Source: Callorhinchus milii (taxonomy: Eukaryota). Taken from it: a stretch of DNA of 64,000 nt. The stretch is from positions 11,842,001 to 11,906,000 of the forward strand of contig NW_024704757.1 of NCBI RefSeq assembly GCF_018977255.1. The letters run 5' to 3'. Below, in pieces: positions 62,570 to 64,000 of the stretch. The notes below the pieces were generated by a model. It had not been told where the DNA came from, did no database searches, and was given only the letters and a program-made list of their open reading frames with translations. Both the position numbers and the translations under genes were made by a program. How positions within the stretch are numbered: the first letter of the stretch is position 1; every line of letters begins with the position of its first letter.

Positions 62570-63122
62570 GTTAACTCCTTGCTTTTCGGCCTGACCAATT
62601 CCTCCCTCCATAGGCTGCAGATCATCCACGACTCTGCAGCCCTTGTCCTCTCCCGCACCAGGCTCTGTGACCCTATCACCCCCACCCTCGCCCGACTCCA
62701 CTGGCATCCCATCACACAGAGGATACAGTTCACAATCCTGGTCCTCACCTTCAAAGCCCTCCATGGTCTTGCTCCCGCCGACCTTTGCGACCTTATAGCC
62801 CCCTACCATCCTGCCCGCTCCCTCCGCTCAGCGGGCTCCGGCCTGCTTCACGTCCCCCGTCTCACTCGCCCCACTATTGGCGGGTTGGCCTTCTGCCACT
62901 CTGCTCCCACCCTCTGGAACTCGCAGTCCCTGCGCCTTACCCCCTCCAAGACCCATCTCAAGACCCTTCTCTTCGACTGTATTTTCGATCACCCTGCTTT
63001 CCCCCCCCCCGCCCTCCACAATCCTGACCCCCAGCTCGGGTCTGAAACTCTGTCTGTCCAATGCCCTGGGATGTCCTCCCGATATGAAAGGCACTATACA
63101 AATGTAATTTTGCTGCTGTTGT
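62570..63122 (+). mobile_element. L2 3' portion
   Basis: LFGLTNSSLHRLQII...[14 protein letters not shown] and tail. Confidence 0.88.
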
Positions 63123-63680
63123 TAAAACTATCAGCCTAGCTCAGTAGCACTTTCATCTGTGAGTCAGAGGTTGTGGGTTTAAACTCCAAATTGAGACATA
63201 ATCCAGGACATAATTCCAGTGTAGTGCTGGGGAAACAATGCATTGTTGGGAGTGTTGGCCTTTGGGTGAGGTGTTTAAACCAAGGTCCTGTCTATCTTTT
63301 CTGGTGGATTGTTAAGGATCCAAGAAACTTTTCGAGAAGCCAGGTGTGTTGGTCAACATTCCTTTAAATAAAATTAGTCATTCGGCAATGGCTGTTTTCC
63401 TGACCCAACTGTCCAGCGCCTTGGGACGTCCTCCCGACGTGAAAGGCGCTCTATAAATGGAATCTTGTTGTTGTCGTTTTCTTGGAACACTGCTATGAAA
63501 CAGTGCGCAAAAATGGACTGCTGCGCTTTCCCATAACGTCACCCTGCATTTATACAGTACCATTTGTGCAGAATGGCGTTTTGGAAGACTGCACAATGGT
63601 GGGTTGGACATCAAGCAAGGGAGAGTGGGAGGTGACCATCGGTATGATTGTATTTTTAATAGTATAAATACAGTTGCTTC

Positions 63681-63822
63681 ATAAGACCATAAGACGTAGA
63701 TACAGGAGTAGGCCATTCAGCCCCTCGAGACTGCCCCACCATTTAATAAGATCATGGCTGATCTTCTAACCTAATTCCATTTACCCGCCCTATCCCCATA
63801 TCCCTTAATCCCTCTATCCTTG
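63681..63822 (-). mobile_element. CR1/HER1-like LINE or related SINE 3' end
   Basis: cataagaccataagacgtag...ggagtaggccattcagcccctcgag...aataagatcatggctgatct resembles shark CR1 3' termini. Confidence 0.7.
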
Positions 63823-64000
63823 AAAAATGCAGTTACTTCACTTTACAGTAAAGCCTGTGAAGCACCTTGAGACATTTTGACAGTGCAATAAAGCGCTGTA
63901 TCAAATGCAAGGATTGTCATCGATAATCACCGTGGCTCATTTAATTACTTTACACCAAGATTTTTTTTGATAAGTTATTAATGCACAGCAGGAAAAATGT

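Overview
Vertebrate genomic DNA, very probably a cartilaginous fish (inferred from the tRNA/Deu-domain SINEs, L2 and shark-type CR1 repeats; resembles elephant shark). It carries the conserved syntenic block known from human 16p13.11: the 5' end of PDXDC1 (minus, coding exons 1-3), a CpG island, complete MPV17L (plus, 4 coding exons, ~205 aa), complete BMERB1/C16orf45 (plus, 6 coding exons, ~206 aa, CaaX end, GC-AG first intron) and the full coding region of MARF1/KIAA0430 (minus, 26 coding exons, ~1739 aa; NYN, RRM and LOTUS domains; non-coding first exon not located). Genes were built by hand from splice sites, reading phase and recalled vertebrate protein sequences; no database search was run. 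Introns are dense in SINE and LINE fragments. I found no convincing new multi-gene system. The most notable signals are: two short-range templated insertions (a pre-SINE copy of MPV17L intron 3 with its acceptor inside an inverted-repeat structure in intron 1, and ~450 bp of MARF1 3'UTR copied into a MARF1 intron between ~80-bp direct repeats); a six-site NRF1 tandem array between PDXDC1 and MPV17L; and several near-perfect hairpins.
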